Positions 34,701 to 44,859 of a stretch of 64,000 bases of DNA are shown here, in pieces. This DNA is from Naegleria gruberi (Eukaryota): the NCBI GenBank assembly GCA_000004985.1, contig GG738855.1, one strand, 5' to 3'. Every line of letters begins with the position of its first letter. The first letter of the stretch is position 1. The notes below the pieces were generated by a model. The model worked only from the letters and a program-made list of their open reading frames with translations. It ran no database searches and was not told the origin of the DNA. The position numbers and the translations under genes are program-made.

Positions 34701-37700
34701 TCCCGAATGCAAATCAAGATAACACTCGCATAAATCTGGAGCAATACATAGGCCATTGGATGAGCATGATGATTCGTTTAGATAATGAACTCCAAAGCAC
34801 TCGAATTCCTCACAAGATTCTCCATAGTAACCATCCAAACATTCACATTCAGACGAATTTTGAGGATTGATGAGGGAATTGCTTGGGCATTCCTTTGATA
34901 TCTTTTTAATGGTTATTTCGTTATTCGTATCAATGAAATAAACATCATCACCAACTGATTTCATAAATGTTGGTGAAACACTATTGAAAAAATTGGTTCC
35001 AAGAGCAACTGTTGTTATGTTACCAGATTTAGAATCCACTTTTCTAATTCTGTCATACCCATCTGAAATGAAAATATCCCCATTCGATACCATCACTGCA
35101 CTTATTGGCATATTTAACTTAGCTTTAGTTGCTGGACCATCGTCACCACTATTGCCTGCTTCTCCATTTCCAGCAATAGCTGAAACATTCCCATACCTAT
35201 CAATGATATAGATAGTACAACCAACAGAATCTGTTACGAGATAATTCTCTCCGTTAACAATAACCATGTCTGATACTCCAGAAAAATCAAAATCCAAAGA
35301 ATTTTTCTCTTTCGCAGAGTTTAGTCCAAGCATTGTGCTTCCTGCGAATTGATGAATGATTTGATTCTTATCAATTCTTCTAATATCCCATCTTTCTGTT
35401 ACAAATACATCTCGATTCTTATCTATTTCAATAGTTTCAATATAAATGGAGCTATTTAAAGCCAACCCTTCATTTCCAATTCCACCTGCAATGGTTGTAA
35501 TGATTCCAGTATTGATATCAATTTTTCTTATTCTTTTCAATTCAGAAATTAGTAAGTCACCATTAGGTTGTACATTTAAATCCATTGGCACATCAAGACA
35601 TGCATTAATTGCCAATTTTCCATCTCCTTTATATCCGTTCTGTCCACAACCAGCTACATGATAAATCTTTTCTCCAATTTTAAACTTTCTCACAGCAGGA
35701 TACCCACTGTCAATGAAATAAATTGTATCATTAAATATTGCTATGGAAGTTGGTCCATTCATCTGGGCCTTAGTTGCTAAACCTCCATCACCTGAATGGC
35801 CAAATTTTCCTGTTCCTGCTATTGTTGTAATGTTACCAGAAATGGGATCGACTGATCTTATTCTGTGATTTTTGGTGTCAGCAATTAATAGAGAATTGTT
35901 TTTTGTTATTTTGATGCCAACTGGTAAATTAAGCCAAGTAGAATTGGCTGGTACATTATCTTTCTTAAAACCAGCTGAATTGTAAACCCCAGCATAATTT
36001 GTCACATTCCCAATTCTATTATCTATAAAAATGGTATCTATTTTATAGATAATAGAATTAGAAGTAGATAATACGTAGATAAAATTACCATCACTTGAAA
36101 TTGTGATGTAAGTTGGGTTTGGAATTGAAACCAACGTTGAAACAATTCCACTCAATGAATTAACCTTTCTAATCTTGTTATTAGATAATTCACAAATAAA
36201 GAAATCTCCATTAATTGGAGAAACTTCCATCTTGTACACTCCTTTAAATGAAGTATTCGATCGATGATATCCATCTGGAGTAATAGTACCATCTTTTCCA
36301 GAAAAGAGTGTAATTATTCCATTAGTATCAATTTTTCTTATTGATGATAATGTTGGATAGTACGCATAATCACTAATTTGAGTTACATAAATATCACCCG
36401 TTGAATGGTCAACTGTTAATCCGTTTGCATTTGGTAAGAGTGAAATATTGGCGTAATAGTCATTTCCAGAAAATACATTCCTAGTTCCAGCAATTGTTGT
36501 CAACTGAGTAAAATTGTTCGTAATCTTTCTCAAATAGTAGTTGGTATCACAAAAATACAAGTTGTCTGCGCCACCATTATACACACATGCAGGTGAAACT
36601 CTCGTTTCAGAAGTGATTAAACCATCTTGAGAATAACCATCAACTCCAACCTGACCAACTATGGTAGAAATGATACCACTCGAATCAATATATCTGAGCG
36701 CCTTGTCGTCAGACAGCAACATGGTATTATTGTGTATTGAAATCGATCTCACATGCTTAAAACTTGCTAATTTTGCGTTCAATCCATCTCCTGAATAGGA
36801 TCCCAAGTTTTTAAATACAGTGCTGACAATACCATTGGTATCTATTTTTCTTATTAAAGTGCCATACCTATCAATGATATAAATCTCATCAGTATCCTCA
36901 TTGACATGTACATAAACAGGATAATTAAATTCAGCCAAAAGTGCATAGTTTCCATCCCCAGAATTTCCAGGTGTTCCAATACCTCCCAAAGTGGAAATCA
37001 TAGCAGTGTCATGATAAATTATTCTAATTCTATTATTATTGGTATCAGCAAATATGAAATCATTTTTAGAATTAAATCTTCCATGTGTAGGTGAGTTCAG
37101 CAGTGCATTAATTGCCAATCCCCCATCTCCACCATATCCAAGAGTTCTATTTCCTGCTATTGTTACAATTATTCCATTAGTTAGTATCTTTCTAATTCGG
37201 TTGTTGGAATTGTCCAAAATGAATATTTCACCACTGCTCGAAATTGCAACTCCTTTTGGTGAATATAATTTTGCATTAATAGCCAATTCACCATCTCCTA
37301 TAAAACCATTTGAAATTGATCCAGCAACCGTGATAAGTGTTCCATTAGTCAATATTTTTCTAATTCTATTGTCGTTTGTGAAATATAAATCCCCTTCTTT
37401 GGAAAATATCAAGTCACCATCAGATTTAATAGATACATCAACTGCCAATCCATCCCCAGTTGATCCACCAGATGGTTTTCCAGCAATAACCTTAACCCGT
37501 CCATTAGTAGTTATCTTTTTGATTTGATTACTATCAAAAAAGAACAATTCTCCACTAATTGGATGTCTGGCTATACATTTAGGAGATGATAATGCTGTTT
37601 GAATTGCAATTGATGAAGTTGGATCATATTTGAGAGAGGCAGAATTGACTCCAGCAATGCTCTTGATACTATTTTTCTTTTTATCAAACATTCTAATCAT

Positions 37701-37949
37701 TTTGGTATCGGATATGAATATTTTCTCACCAGCTGTGATAATTGAGATGGGACTTTTCACTCCAATCATAACTCCTTCAGCATATTGATTACCTCCAGCC
37801 ACTTTTTTTATTAAGGTTGGTATCGGAAATGCCTCAATTAACACCCCTTTCTCACATGGTGATTGTAAGAGTAATAAAAGAATGGGAAGAAGAACAATTA
37901 GTACTGCCTTGTGCATGTGGAGGAAAATCTTTGCAACCAATCTTGACAT
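31797..37949 (-). CDS. Large type-I membrane protein of about 2050 aa. Domain order: signal peptide, many NHL (six-bladed beta-propeller) repeats, EGF-like repeats, long beta/Ig-like region, single C-terminal TM, short cytoplasmic tail. Teneurin/tenascin-like architecture.
   Basis: ORF 31797..37976. The first true ATG is ~37949 (MSRLVAKIFLHMHKAVLIVLLPILLLLLQSPCEKG = signal peptide). Upstream 'M' codons are TTG. Recurrent ..NNRIRKI(L/D)TNG../..DSGN.RI.. NHL signatures for about 1000 aa. Cys-rich EGF block (CECLDGYYGESCEEFECFG...CQCREGFYGNRCE...). TM segment VIGLVALVALALIIPILIFGLVVIGLIVYCV followed by KKKKISVPP... Confidence 0.75.
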   Translation of the reverse strand: MSRLVAKIFLHMHKAVLIVLLPILLLLLQSPCEKGVLIEAFPIPTLIKKVAGGNQYAEGVMIGVKSPISIITAGEKIFISDTKMIRMFDKKKNSIKSIAGVNSASLKYDPTSSIAIQTALSSPKCIARHPISGELFFFDSNQIKKITTNGRVKVIAGKPSGGSTGDGLAVDVSIKSDGDLIFSKEGDLYFTNDNRIRKILTNGTLITVAGSISNGFIGDGELAINAKLYSPKGVAISSSGEIFILDNSNNRIRKILTNGIIVTIAGNRTLGYGGDGGLAINALLNSPTHGRFNSKNDFIFADTNNNRIRIIYHDTAMISTLGGIGTPGNSGDGNYALLAEFNYPVYVHVNEDTDEIYIIDRYGTLIRKIDTNGIVSTVFKNLGSYSGDGLNAKLASFKHVRSISIHNNTMLLSDDKALRYIDSSGIISTIVGQVGVDGYSQDGLITSETRVSPACVYNGGADNLYFCDTNYYLRKITNNFTQLTTIAGTRNVFSGNDYYANISLLPNANGLTVDHSTGDIYVTQISDYAYYPTLSSIRKIDTNGIITLFSGKDGTITPDGYHRSNTSFKGVYKMEVSPINGDFFICELSNNKIRKVNSLSGIVSTLVSIPNPTYITISSDGNFIYVLSTSNSIIYKIDTIFIDNRIGNVTNYAGVYNSAGFKKDNVPANSTWLNLPVGIKITKNNSLLIADTKNHRIRSVDPISGNITTIAGTGKFGHSGDGGLATKAQMNGPTSIAIFNDTIYFIDSGYPAVRKFKIGEKIYHVAGCGQNGYKGDGKLAINACLDVPMDLNVQPNGDLLISELKRIRKIDINTGIITTIAGGIGNEGLALNSSIYIETIEIDKNRDVFVTERWDIRRIDKNQIIHQFAGSTMLGLNSAKEKNSLDFDFSGVSDMVIVNGENYLVTDSVGCTIYIIDRYGNVSAIAGNGEAGNSGDDGPATKAKLNMPISAVMVSNGDIFISDGYDRIRKVDSKSGNITTVALGTNFFNSVSPTFMKSVGDDVYFIDTNNEITIKKISKECPSNSLINPQNSSECECLDGYYGESCEEFECFGVHYLNESSCSSNGLCIAPDLCECYLDLHSGSVCEFLMCFGISQNDSNVCSGGGICTGFDKCQCREGFYGNRCEFKEEKVNCFGISNISTVCSGRGICESTDNCKCNTTIGNYIVSGIECEILTCIPILEISNSETIYTNMERLPRYISKYITFNECHEDDISKFDIEWKQILGYTLNVETLSNYDLLIQSNNLLKGEYVFELKLNFNNFTSTKQIKIITTDEDYNIILLQSSLTSNQVMINIETDPMDKSNLIDKYEWKWNCLNGKNLCDESLTKQLNTSALMKLHNFTITSTHESIELRLAINNRTGNILINFPIQESVPIITVLSMYPQKTVFISSDILQIQLLVELDNQAEDVNYLMVREWKIDNKTIPSSILLPGSDIVNANKILLDLSTLSTTTSHVITFMAIRSVNSFAIYNYEFKIADNPTSCVCSITPSIGYAIDTVFTISCSSCLQSSTEILQLSFLDLKTNLKIQLLETRNLIIKTPLPYTGNDETVTLYISNKNIQTGAKSEVTLNRALLLPPASTIADVKKKKSSWDAIYKTLSSNDPKKIVYSYSTITSEAMVKKISGSKRAIRGMCANGASYNEETVSCVCVNGFKKSDCSMSFNEWIQVSSEKWNSSKLLIEEMLDRNEFQMNGNQLSFEMAFIYHLFENYDEINEEMYNSVYLLFKTRITEILKLTYLELADQLGKIMNNILEMMINSRISLNNGKKLDNWEEIIEISTNLNIINLKNHFQIMSLTNFYSILSARMYPSEFSNSIIYYSENNFVKYPKQMIKYFGNTRQQIFNRIIKYNTKYNEIENYEKVNNNTEVQTTIRSLPFMVSCENYYQQSSVNEKIISYSFNFENTTLSHTITTFINSTTRKNETVSSHIECHSAVDSCLIETVNNNNYYCKCSQFARNVTLIETVRRTISFITYTSTNPQPSPSQIIMENSSILAETSLTKQNNVIGLVALVALALIIPILIFGLVVIGLIVYCVKKKKISVPPSASSELQTI

Positions 37950-38196
37950 TTTTTTTTCGCATGAACTTTGATCCAAATAAGGAAAGCGTAAAATCTGATT
38001 AATTAACTCTAAAGTTTCGTTTTTTCATTTTAATAAGAATCTTCAAGGGAGATTTCGATTACTCCAACATCAATGTAGTTGCTCAACTCTAAATTAATTG
38101 TAATTTGATTGTCTGCACTCGGATCCACAATATTTTTCGGATAATCTTCAAAGTCCTTAACGTACTCGTAAGCTAATCGTAAATACTCTGAAACGT

Positions 38197-39744
38197 TCAC
38201 TGTGAGAATTGAATCCCAATTAATAACTCCTCCTCTGGTGCATTTGTTGATTCTGTTGCTGCAGTGAGATTACTAATGGGATTTTCCTCATTTGGCAAGT
38301 TGGTAGCTAGTGTAATATTTTCATTGTTAGGTTCGTTAATGGATTGGTTGACTTCTGAATCATCTTCCTTTTTTTGCTTATTTGCGGAAGATTTATCATT
38401 ATTCTTTCTCTTCTTATGGAGTCTGGTTTTGAGATGCTTTTTGTATTCTGTGTAGCCAACATGAGTACTTCCACATTTTTCACAGAGATATGTTTTGGAT
38501 TCATCTCCAGGATGGTTTGGATTCTTCTCGTATGGTTTTTCAACACAATAGTTATCTTTCAAGTGTTGAGGGATTTCTTGGCCACCCAAAAAGTGTGTGG
38601 TAATTTCTTGAGCACTTTGAATAATATCAGTGGGTGATGAGGCAGAAATGTCAAACTTGAACAATTTACCACTAGAGACGAGAGGCAATTTAGCACTTGC
38701 CCAAGAGGATCTATACCATGTTTCTTGCTTCTTGGCATACTTAAATGTACTGTTAATGAGAGCTTCTAAACATTGCTTTTTGAGAGCTTGCTTTTTCTTA
38801 ACAATAGCCTCATCAGAGGTGTTTACATCCTCCAAATCATTAATTTCCTCCAGATATTTTAGATAGGGTAAAAATTCCTTATATCCAATTGATTGTAGTA
38901 CACCATGCTCAAACGACAAGCTCAGTGACTCCTTATTGTCGATTAAATATTTGTGATATTTAACAACTTCGTCTAACAGACCATTATCCATCATTTGAAC
39001 AGCTCTGTCCTCGATTCTCTTTCTCAGAACTCCTCGATTATCACATGCAAGATAAAAGAATAGGCAGTCATATTTAAGCGTTCTCTGCTTGTCTTGCTTG
39101 GATTCTAATACTTCAGTAAAAACCTGTTGATTATTTTCAAAGAGTAGAATTCTCTTTTTAATCTTTCTAATATCATTAGGATGGATTAACTTGGCAGATT
39201 CTGGATCTATTTCCTTCAATCTTTCATACGTATAATTTTTCATATCTTCTTCATCCTCTTTGGTTTCATTGTACTGTCCACCATTACTATCCTCTGCCTT
39301 TCCAATCAAGTACTGGTCAAAAATCACCGATTGTATATAATAATTAGTTCCTCCACAAATAATAGGAACATTTCCCTTCAAGAATAATTCATTTTCAAAT
39401 AACTCATGACAATCCTTTTGATAATTTAAAACTGTATAAAGTTCAGATCTGTCCGAGACTACTCCTGCTTTTTCTCCAACAAAATAATGTTTAACTTGTT
39501 CCATTTCCGAAGGAGAAGGCTTGTTAGTTGTAATTGGCAGTCCTTCATAAATTTGCATCACATCTGCATTAATAATTGAAGCAGATTTCCAAAATGATAA
39601 TTGTTCCTTCTCTTTAATATATTTTGCCAAAGCAAAGGCCAATGCAGATTTTCCCACTCCTGTACTTCCAGCACAAACAATAATTTTCGGAAGTGTATTT
39701 TTGTTATTGGAGGTCACATCGATTGTAGAGTTGTCTTGTTGCAT
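38197..39744 (-). CDS. tRNA dimethylallyltransferase (tRNA isopentenyltransferase, MiaA/Mod5/TRIT1 homolog) with C-terminal C2H2 matrin-type zinc finger.
   Basis: ATG at 39742-39744. P-loop IIVCAGSTGVGKSALAFALA. MQIYEGLPITTNKPS. Conserved central core. C-terminal ..YLCEKCGSTHVGYTEYKKHLKTRLHKKRK zinc finger, as in eukaryotic Mod5/TRIT1. Confidence 0.8.
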   Translation of the reverse strand: MQQDNSTIDVTSNNKNTLPKIIVCAGSTGVGKSALAFALAKYIKEKEQLSFWKSASIINADVMQIYEGLPITTNKPSPSEMEQVKHYFVGEKAGVVSDRSELYTVLNYQKDCHELFENELFLKGNVPIICGGTNYYIQSVIFDQYLIGKAEDSNGGQYNETKEDEEDMKNYTYERLKEIDPESAKLIHPNDIRKIKKRILLFENNQQVFTEVLESKQDKQRTLKYDCLFFYLACDNRGVLRKRIEDRAVQMMDNGLLDEVVKYHKYLIDNKESLSLSFEHGVLQSIGYKEFLPYLKYLEEINDLEDVNTSDEAIVKKKQALKKQCLEALINSTFKYAKKQETWYRSSWASAKLPLVSSGKLFKFDISASSPTDIIQSAQEITTHFLGGQEIPQHLKDNYCVEKPYEKNPNHPGDESKTYLCEKCGSTHVGYTEYKKHLKTRLHKKRKNNDKSSANKQKKEDDSEVNQSINEPNNENITLATNLPNEENPISNLTAATESTNAPEEELLIGIQFSQ

Positions 39745-39989
39745 TTTTTCTTTTTTTTTGAAAAACTCGAATGCAATTTCAAAGTGGCCACTTTACTTCT
39801 TCAATTTGGCAAGTAAATGGATTGGCTTCCAATTTGTAGGTTGTTAACACCCTTTAAACCTTTAAACAGGTAAAAAAGGATTTTGAAATTTTTTACTTGG
39901 TTTTACTCCCCGTATGTGACAACATTACAACCCCAATTGAAATTGGACGTGAAAACTATTCAGTAAAAAAACAAGCGACACGAGAGAAT
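39745..39989. promoter_or_regulatory. Divergent intergenic region between the tRNA-IPT gene (-) and the Rab-like gene (+), a putative bidirectional promoter.
   Basis: Head-to-head starts at 39744 and 39990. Contains oligo-T/A runs (tttttttttgaaaaactcg). Inference only. Confidence 0.3.
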
Positions 39990-41040
39990 ATGGGTCAAGC
40001 AAGTACACAAGAAAAGGGAACCAAAAGTTCTATGATGGATGCAGATGATGATGAAATTCTCAACAATAATAACAGCAAAACAACAGCAACAACTCATCAT
40101 CCAACTACATCATCAACCACCAGTGCTACAAGCAGCAATACAGTTGGCTCTAAAAATAAGATAAATGAATCAATACAAATAGTATCAATAGAAAAGGAAA
40201 ATGAGGAGGAGTATGATTATTTAGTGAAGGTTGTTCTTGTGGGAGATTATGGAGTCGGTAGGTTTTTAATAATATTCTAAATAGTAATTTAAATTTCTAT
40301 TATTTATTGATCATTCACCTGTGAATAATCTATCGGATACAAATTATAGGTAAAACTAGTTTGGCCAAGAAAATCAGTCAAAGAGGTTTCACAACACAAC
40401 ATCAACCTACTATTGGTATTGATTTTGTTGTTTGTACTCTTATTTTGAACACCAAGGAAACTGGTAAGTTACTGTTAATAATTTATTAACGATTTTCTCA
40501 TCAAATAATATCAGTTCGTCTCCAACTTTGGGATACTGCTGGTAAGTTATATGGAAATTTATTGTAATGATTAATTTCATAAATGCAGGTCAAGGTATGT
40601 TGTCATGATAAAATGTTGTAAAATTTAAACAATTGAAATTGAAAATTTAACCAAATTTAAACCAAATTCAAATTCTTACCTTAATAGAAAAATTCAAGGC
40701 TCTTGCTAGCTCATTTTTCCGTGGGGCTGATGGTATTTTTGTTATTGCTGACATTAGCGAAAAATCATCCTTTGACAGAGTTCCAGGATTTTTGGAAGAT
40801 GGTAAAAAGAATTGTACAGATGATGTGGAATTTATTTTCATTGCATCCAAGACAGATCTTCGTAGTATTGGATCATCAACTCAAGTATTGAGCGAAGAAG
40901 ATACTAAGAGAGAATTCAGAAAGTATGATTCACAAATTCCAATAATAGAAACAAGTGCCAAAGAGGACAAGAATGTTGAAAAGGCTCTCCTAACCATCAT
41001 TCAAAGAATTTACAACAAGAAGAAGGAAGCCAAGAAATAA
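39990..41040 (+). CDS. Rab-like small GTPase with S/T-rich N-terminal extension and no C-terminal prenylation cysteines. Five exons, approximately 39990..40257, 40350..40463, 40515..40541, 40589..40594 (6-nt micro-exon) and 40688..41040.
   Basis: Splicing joins ..LVGDYGVG|KTSLAKKISQRGFTTQHQPTIGIDFVV.., giving P-loop GDYGVGKTS. Then VRLQLWDTAG | Q | EKFKALASSFFRGADGIFVIADISEKSSFD (switch II WDTAGQE). Then ..FIASKTDL.. (NKxD-like) and ETSAKED (SAK). All donors are GTAAGT or GTATGT, and the phases sum to an intact 255-aa frame ending KKKEAKK*. Confidence 0.7.
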
Positions 41041-41187
41041 TGTATTTTTATATAAAGTAATAGTAATAATAACATAGTAGCTAATAGCTCAACCACAAAT
41101 TAGATCCATAATTCATTCAAATGTGTGAATTGGAGTGATTCAGCCATCATCAAATCATTCAAATAAATTATTGATTGAAAAAAAACA

Positions 41188-41670
41188 ATGCCACCAAAAC
41201 AATTCAAAAAATCATTTGCTGCACAAGGCAGACTTGAAAAAGAAAGAGAGGAAAGAAGTATCAGAGAACGTGAATCTCACGTTAAAGCTAAAACATATTT
41301 GGAACATTTAGCTGTGGATTATATTCTTAAAACTGTTGTTTTTGAAAATGTTGAACAGATACCACCACATTCCGAGATGAAGGATATTCTGTTATTGGCT
41401 TTGAAATCATCACTATCAAGACAACAAAGTGAAACCATCACAACATCAAACTCTACACCTAATACTATTTATTCCGAAATTGAAAGATACATTGATGATT
41501 ATACTGAATTTTTAACTTCAGTCTTACAGAAAGAAATTTCAAAAGCCAAGAAACCAAAACCAACCATTCAATTCGACATCAAACAAGTTAAACCATTATC
41601 CTCATCGAAAGCTAGTGAATTTTCAAACAATTTGGAAAAGTTCTCTGTTAGAAATTTAATTACCGAATAA
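41188..41670 (+). CDS. Hypothetical 160-aa protein (K/E-rich, no recognisable domain)
   Basis: Single ORF 41188..41670 lying between two supported genes. No motif recognised. Confidence 0.35.
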   Translation: MPPKQFKKSFAAQGRLEKEREERSIRERESHVKAKTYLEHLAVDYILKTVVFENVEQIPPHSEMKDILLLALKSSLSRQQSETITTSNSTPNTIYSEIERYIDDYTEFLTSVLQKEISKAKKPKPTIQFDIKQVKPLSSSKASEFSNNLEKFSVRNLITE

Positions 41671-41892
41671 TTTGTAAATAATACACAATCACAAAGACAA
41701 ACTACCAAATCCACTAATATTAATATTTTAATTGATATTAATCATATTAATATTAAAGCCTTTCTCCTTCCCCAGAATCCTTCATCATTAAATATATTTA
41801 TTATTAGTATTATTTGATGGTGACGTTGCAATGATGACGATATTAACGAAGGAACATAGAATAAATAAAAATTCATAAATCCAAACTTTGCC

Positions 41893-43796
41893 ATGTGGGG
41901 AAAGCTTCACCAATTTGCCAATGAGTTGATGGCACCTATTGATGATGAAGAGGAGGAAGATCAAGAATACTATGATCATAACAATCAAAAGCATCAACAA
42001 CAACATCATCCTCAACAATCTAACAAGGAAGATGCCTTCTTCTCTCAAACCTTCCTCACTCAACCACAAACATCACTCCATCATCAACAACACTCACACC
42101 ATCAACCACAACAGCAACCACAACTCGTAAATCATCAAAGTAATCACAAGAGAACTTCATCTTCAGCCAGTTTTGGTGGTCAAACCACAACCTCCCGAGA
42201 TTCACCAGTCTTTATGCAACACTCTGCTTCCTATCAGCATTTACCAAGTGCTGCTGGAACAAGTTATTCAAGTGCTACTACACTCTCTTCCTCTCCTCCA
42301 AATTTTAGTTATCAACAACAACAATCAAACTTTAAATCCTCCCTTTTGGAAACTGCAACAACCTTCTTTAAATCAAGTGCATCACCTTCAAGTCAACAGG
42401 CAACTACTTCCACCACTAGAACTCATTCTCCATACAGTGACCATTCTGTTTCGATTAAATCACCAATGGACAATGTATCGGATGGTGGTATTTCAGGTAC
42501 AACATTTCCAATTCCATCCTCTATTATAACAGGTCAACAAATGCAACAAAACAATGTAAAACAATCGAGCATTTCCACTCCAGTGAACCAACAACAGACA
42601 GTTCCTCCTCCACAAATTCCTGGTTTTCTTTTGAGTGGCTATAAATCATCACAGACAGAGGTAACCAAATCTGATAATCCAAATTATATTCATGTAAAAT
42701 TATGTGTCGGAGAGGAAATTACTTACAATGATCAACATGTGGAATATTTACAAAGTCAAATTACTTATTTACAACACGAGATTGCTAATCAAGCTGATAG
42801 ATATGAAAAGGAAAAGAGTGATTTGAAACACTTGTTGGAAAATACTCAACATGCCTGTAGGGAACAACATTTAAAATTGAACGAATATATTGAACAAAAT
42901 AGAAGACTCGAGTATGATTTACAACAAACTAATATGAATGCCAGTGCTCACATTTCAAAATTAGAATCATCAATTAATGAGTTGACAAATCACAAGAAAC
43001 AATTAATTCAAACAATTAATGATCAGGATGTTAAGATGCAACAAATATTAACAGAACTCCAAAAGGAACAAGCTAATTCCAGACAATATCACTCTGAATT
43101 GGAAAGAGAAAGATCAACAGCAAGAAATGTTGAAAGTCAAAACTCAGAAGCTATGAGATTGTTACAGGAACGTGAAAAAGAATTGGCTGATTTGGAGCTA
43201 GCTCTTGAGCAATTACAAATGCTCTCTGGAAAGGAAGGTTCCAAATTGAAACAAGTAATCAAACAAAAGGATGAGGAAATTTCAGAATTGAAAGAAAACT
43301 CTATCAAGTTGTCTCAACAAGTTTCTGAATTGGATATGCTGAGAGTCCAAGTTGAACAATATAAGGAGAAGATTAATGACTTGGAAAGTTCCTCTGCCTT
43401 AACCAACGATTCAAGCAATAGTCCATGTAAGTTTTACTATTACTTAGGAAACCTTATCGAGAATATTTAGCTGAAATATTTAAACGAATGTTGGAAGATT
43501 GTACCAGTAGATTGAATGATGAAAACTTGATTGATAGAAGAGTGGTATCACGAATGCTATTGGCTCTTGTATCTAATCATGCAGATACAAGACAACAACA
43601 AGCAATTTTCAAATTCTTCCTCAAAACCCTCAATATTAACAATCAAGAGGATGAACAATTGTTGCAACAGGCACTAGTTTTTCTCCAACAAGAACGTTAC
43701 AAGCAGCTCTTGGCACGTAAAAAGACATTTTCTGAATTGTTTGTGAACTACTTATTGGAAGAAGGAAAGATAACTCCTGCTGGTGTGAATAAATAA
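41893..43796 (+). CDS. Q/H/S-rich coiled-coil protein. Two exons, approximately 41893..43426 and 43471..43796.
   Basis: ORF 41893..43470 has a poly-Q/H/S N-terminus, then ~250 aa of heptad coiled coil (..LQSQITYLQHEIANQADRYEKEKSDLKHLLE..). A GTAAGT donor at ~43427 and acceptor ..tatttag at ~43470 (44-nt intron) join it in frame to ORF 43488..43796 (..SEIFKRMLEDCTSRLNDENL...). A GRIP-domain assignment was considered and rejected. Confidence 0.5.
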
Positions 43797-43827
43797 TAGG
43801 TGTACTTTTTAGAATTAATTATTTATT

Positions 43828-44666
43828 TTAATATTCCATTTCATCATCATCACCTTCCTCTTCATCTCCTGTAGGTTCTTCCACAAATTTCTCAAGTTTA
43901 TGTGTTTTCTTATCATAGTGACAAACTATTGAGGCATTGAATTCAGTCAATTCATGTCCGAAATGTTTCAAAAGTTTTGCTTGTTGAGCAGTAATTGGTT
44001 CTCCGAATGTACATAAATTGAATGGTCTTAAAATATTGATTACTTTGTTTTTAACTTCAATTGGTAAACCAAGATTGAGGAGTCGTTCTTCCAAGCTAAA
44101 TGGCATCCAATCCACTGGGCCAGCTTCAAGTGTAATAGTTTTAGTGGCTACAAATCCAACCTTTGCGTAATCGCTTCGTTTAAAATTGGCAAAGTATTTA
44201 GCAACTTCTGCTTTTGGACGATCAGTAATGAACAATGCTCGGGTAGCAGTGAGGAATTTACTGGCATTATGGAGATCATTTTCAACTTCATTTTCTGGTG
44301 AGGTTCCCAAAGCGACTCTCATCACTTTATTCTTGGTCATGAAAAATCTATTTGTTTAGATAATATCATCATGAAAATATTAGAAAATATTATTGGTAAA
44401 TATAATATTCGGTTCGTTCATAAAATTGACAAGAAGAGGTTGGTTAATAAATCATCCGATGACGGTACTTACTTGGATTCATTGAAATCTCTTCTAATTT
44501 CTTTAACGTGATTTGTTCTGCAATTAGATAAATCTAAAATGTAAATGTTATTAAATTCTTCGATGGCATTTCGGATTTCCTCTACCAGTTTATTCTTTTG
44601 TTCCTTTGTACTACGTTTCTTGGTTTTAGTGAGTGTGATAAGTTTGTCTCTCTTTGCTTTTGGCAT
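43828..44666 (-). CDS. mRNA turnover protein 4 (MRT4, ribosomal P0-like assembly factor). Two exons, approximately 44666..44473 and 44347..43828.
   Basis: Exon 1 from ATG 44666 reads MPKAKRDKLITLTKTKKRSTKEQKNKLVEEIRNAIEEFNNIYILDLSNCRTNHVKEIRRDFNESK, compare MRT4 MPKSKRDKKVSLTKT... A GTAAGT donor and ~125-nt intron follow. Exon 2 reads FFMTKNKVMRVALGTSPENE.., compare MFFGKNKVMMVALGRSP. Acidic C-terminus ..EEPTGDEEEGDDDEMEY. Confidence 0.75.
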
Positions 44667-44859
44667 TTTGTTATTTTTTTATCAAAATTTTTGTTCCAAT
44701 TTCAATTTTTTATTTGAATGCCTCAACATTCCACAAGGTTGAATATTGAACACATTTTCTTTTTACCTTTGACAATAATTGAACTGCTTCTGTTTTTAAA
44801 TTTGAAAAGAATAGAAATATGATACTTGTGATTTACAATGTTTTAATTACAATAAATTA

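Noticed and set aside
37039-37527. 162-aa plus-strand ORF antisense to the NHL-EGF gene (and similar ORFs at 34984..35211 and 35446..35661).
   Set aside because: Antisense to the conserved NHL repeat region. Repetitive sense-strand codon usage generates open antisense frames. No independent evidence.
39897-40280. 127-aa ORF ending ..VGDYGVGRFLIIF*.
   Set aside because: First exon of the Rab-like gene read into its intron. A TTG/in-frame extension upstream of the real ATG (39990) and intron read-through after the GTAGGT donor at ~40258.
43471-43560. Possible GRIP (golgin) domain at the C-terminus of the coiled-coil protein (..EYLAEIFKRMLE..).
   Set aside because: The EYLA residues fall in the 44-nt intron. 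The spliced sequence lacks the conserved GRIP tyrosine. Similarity too weak.
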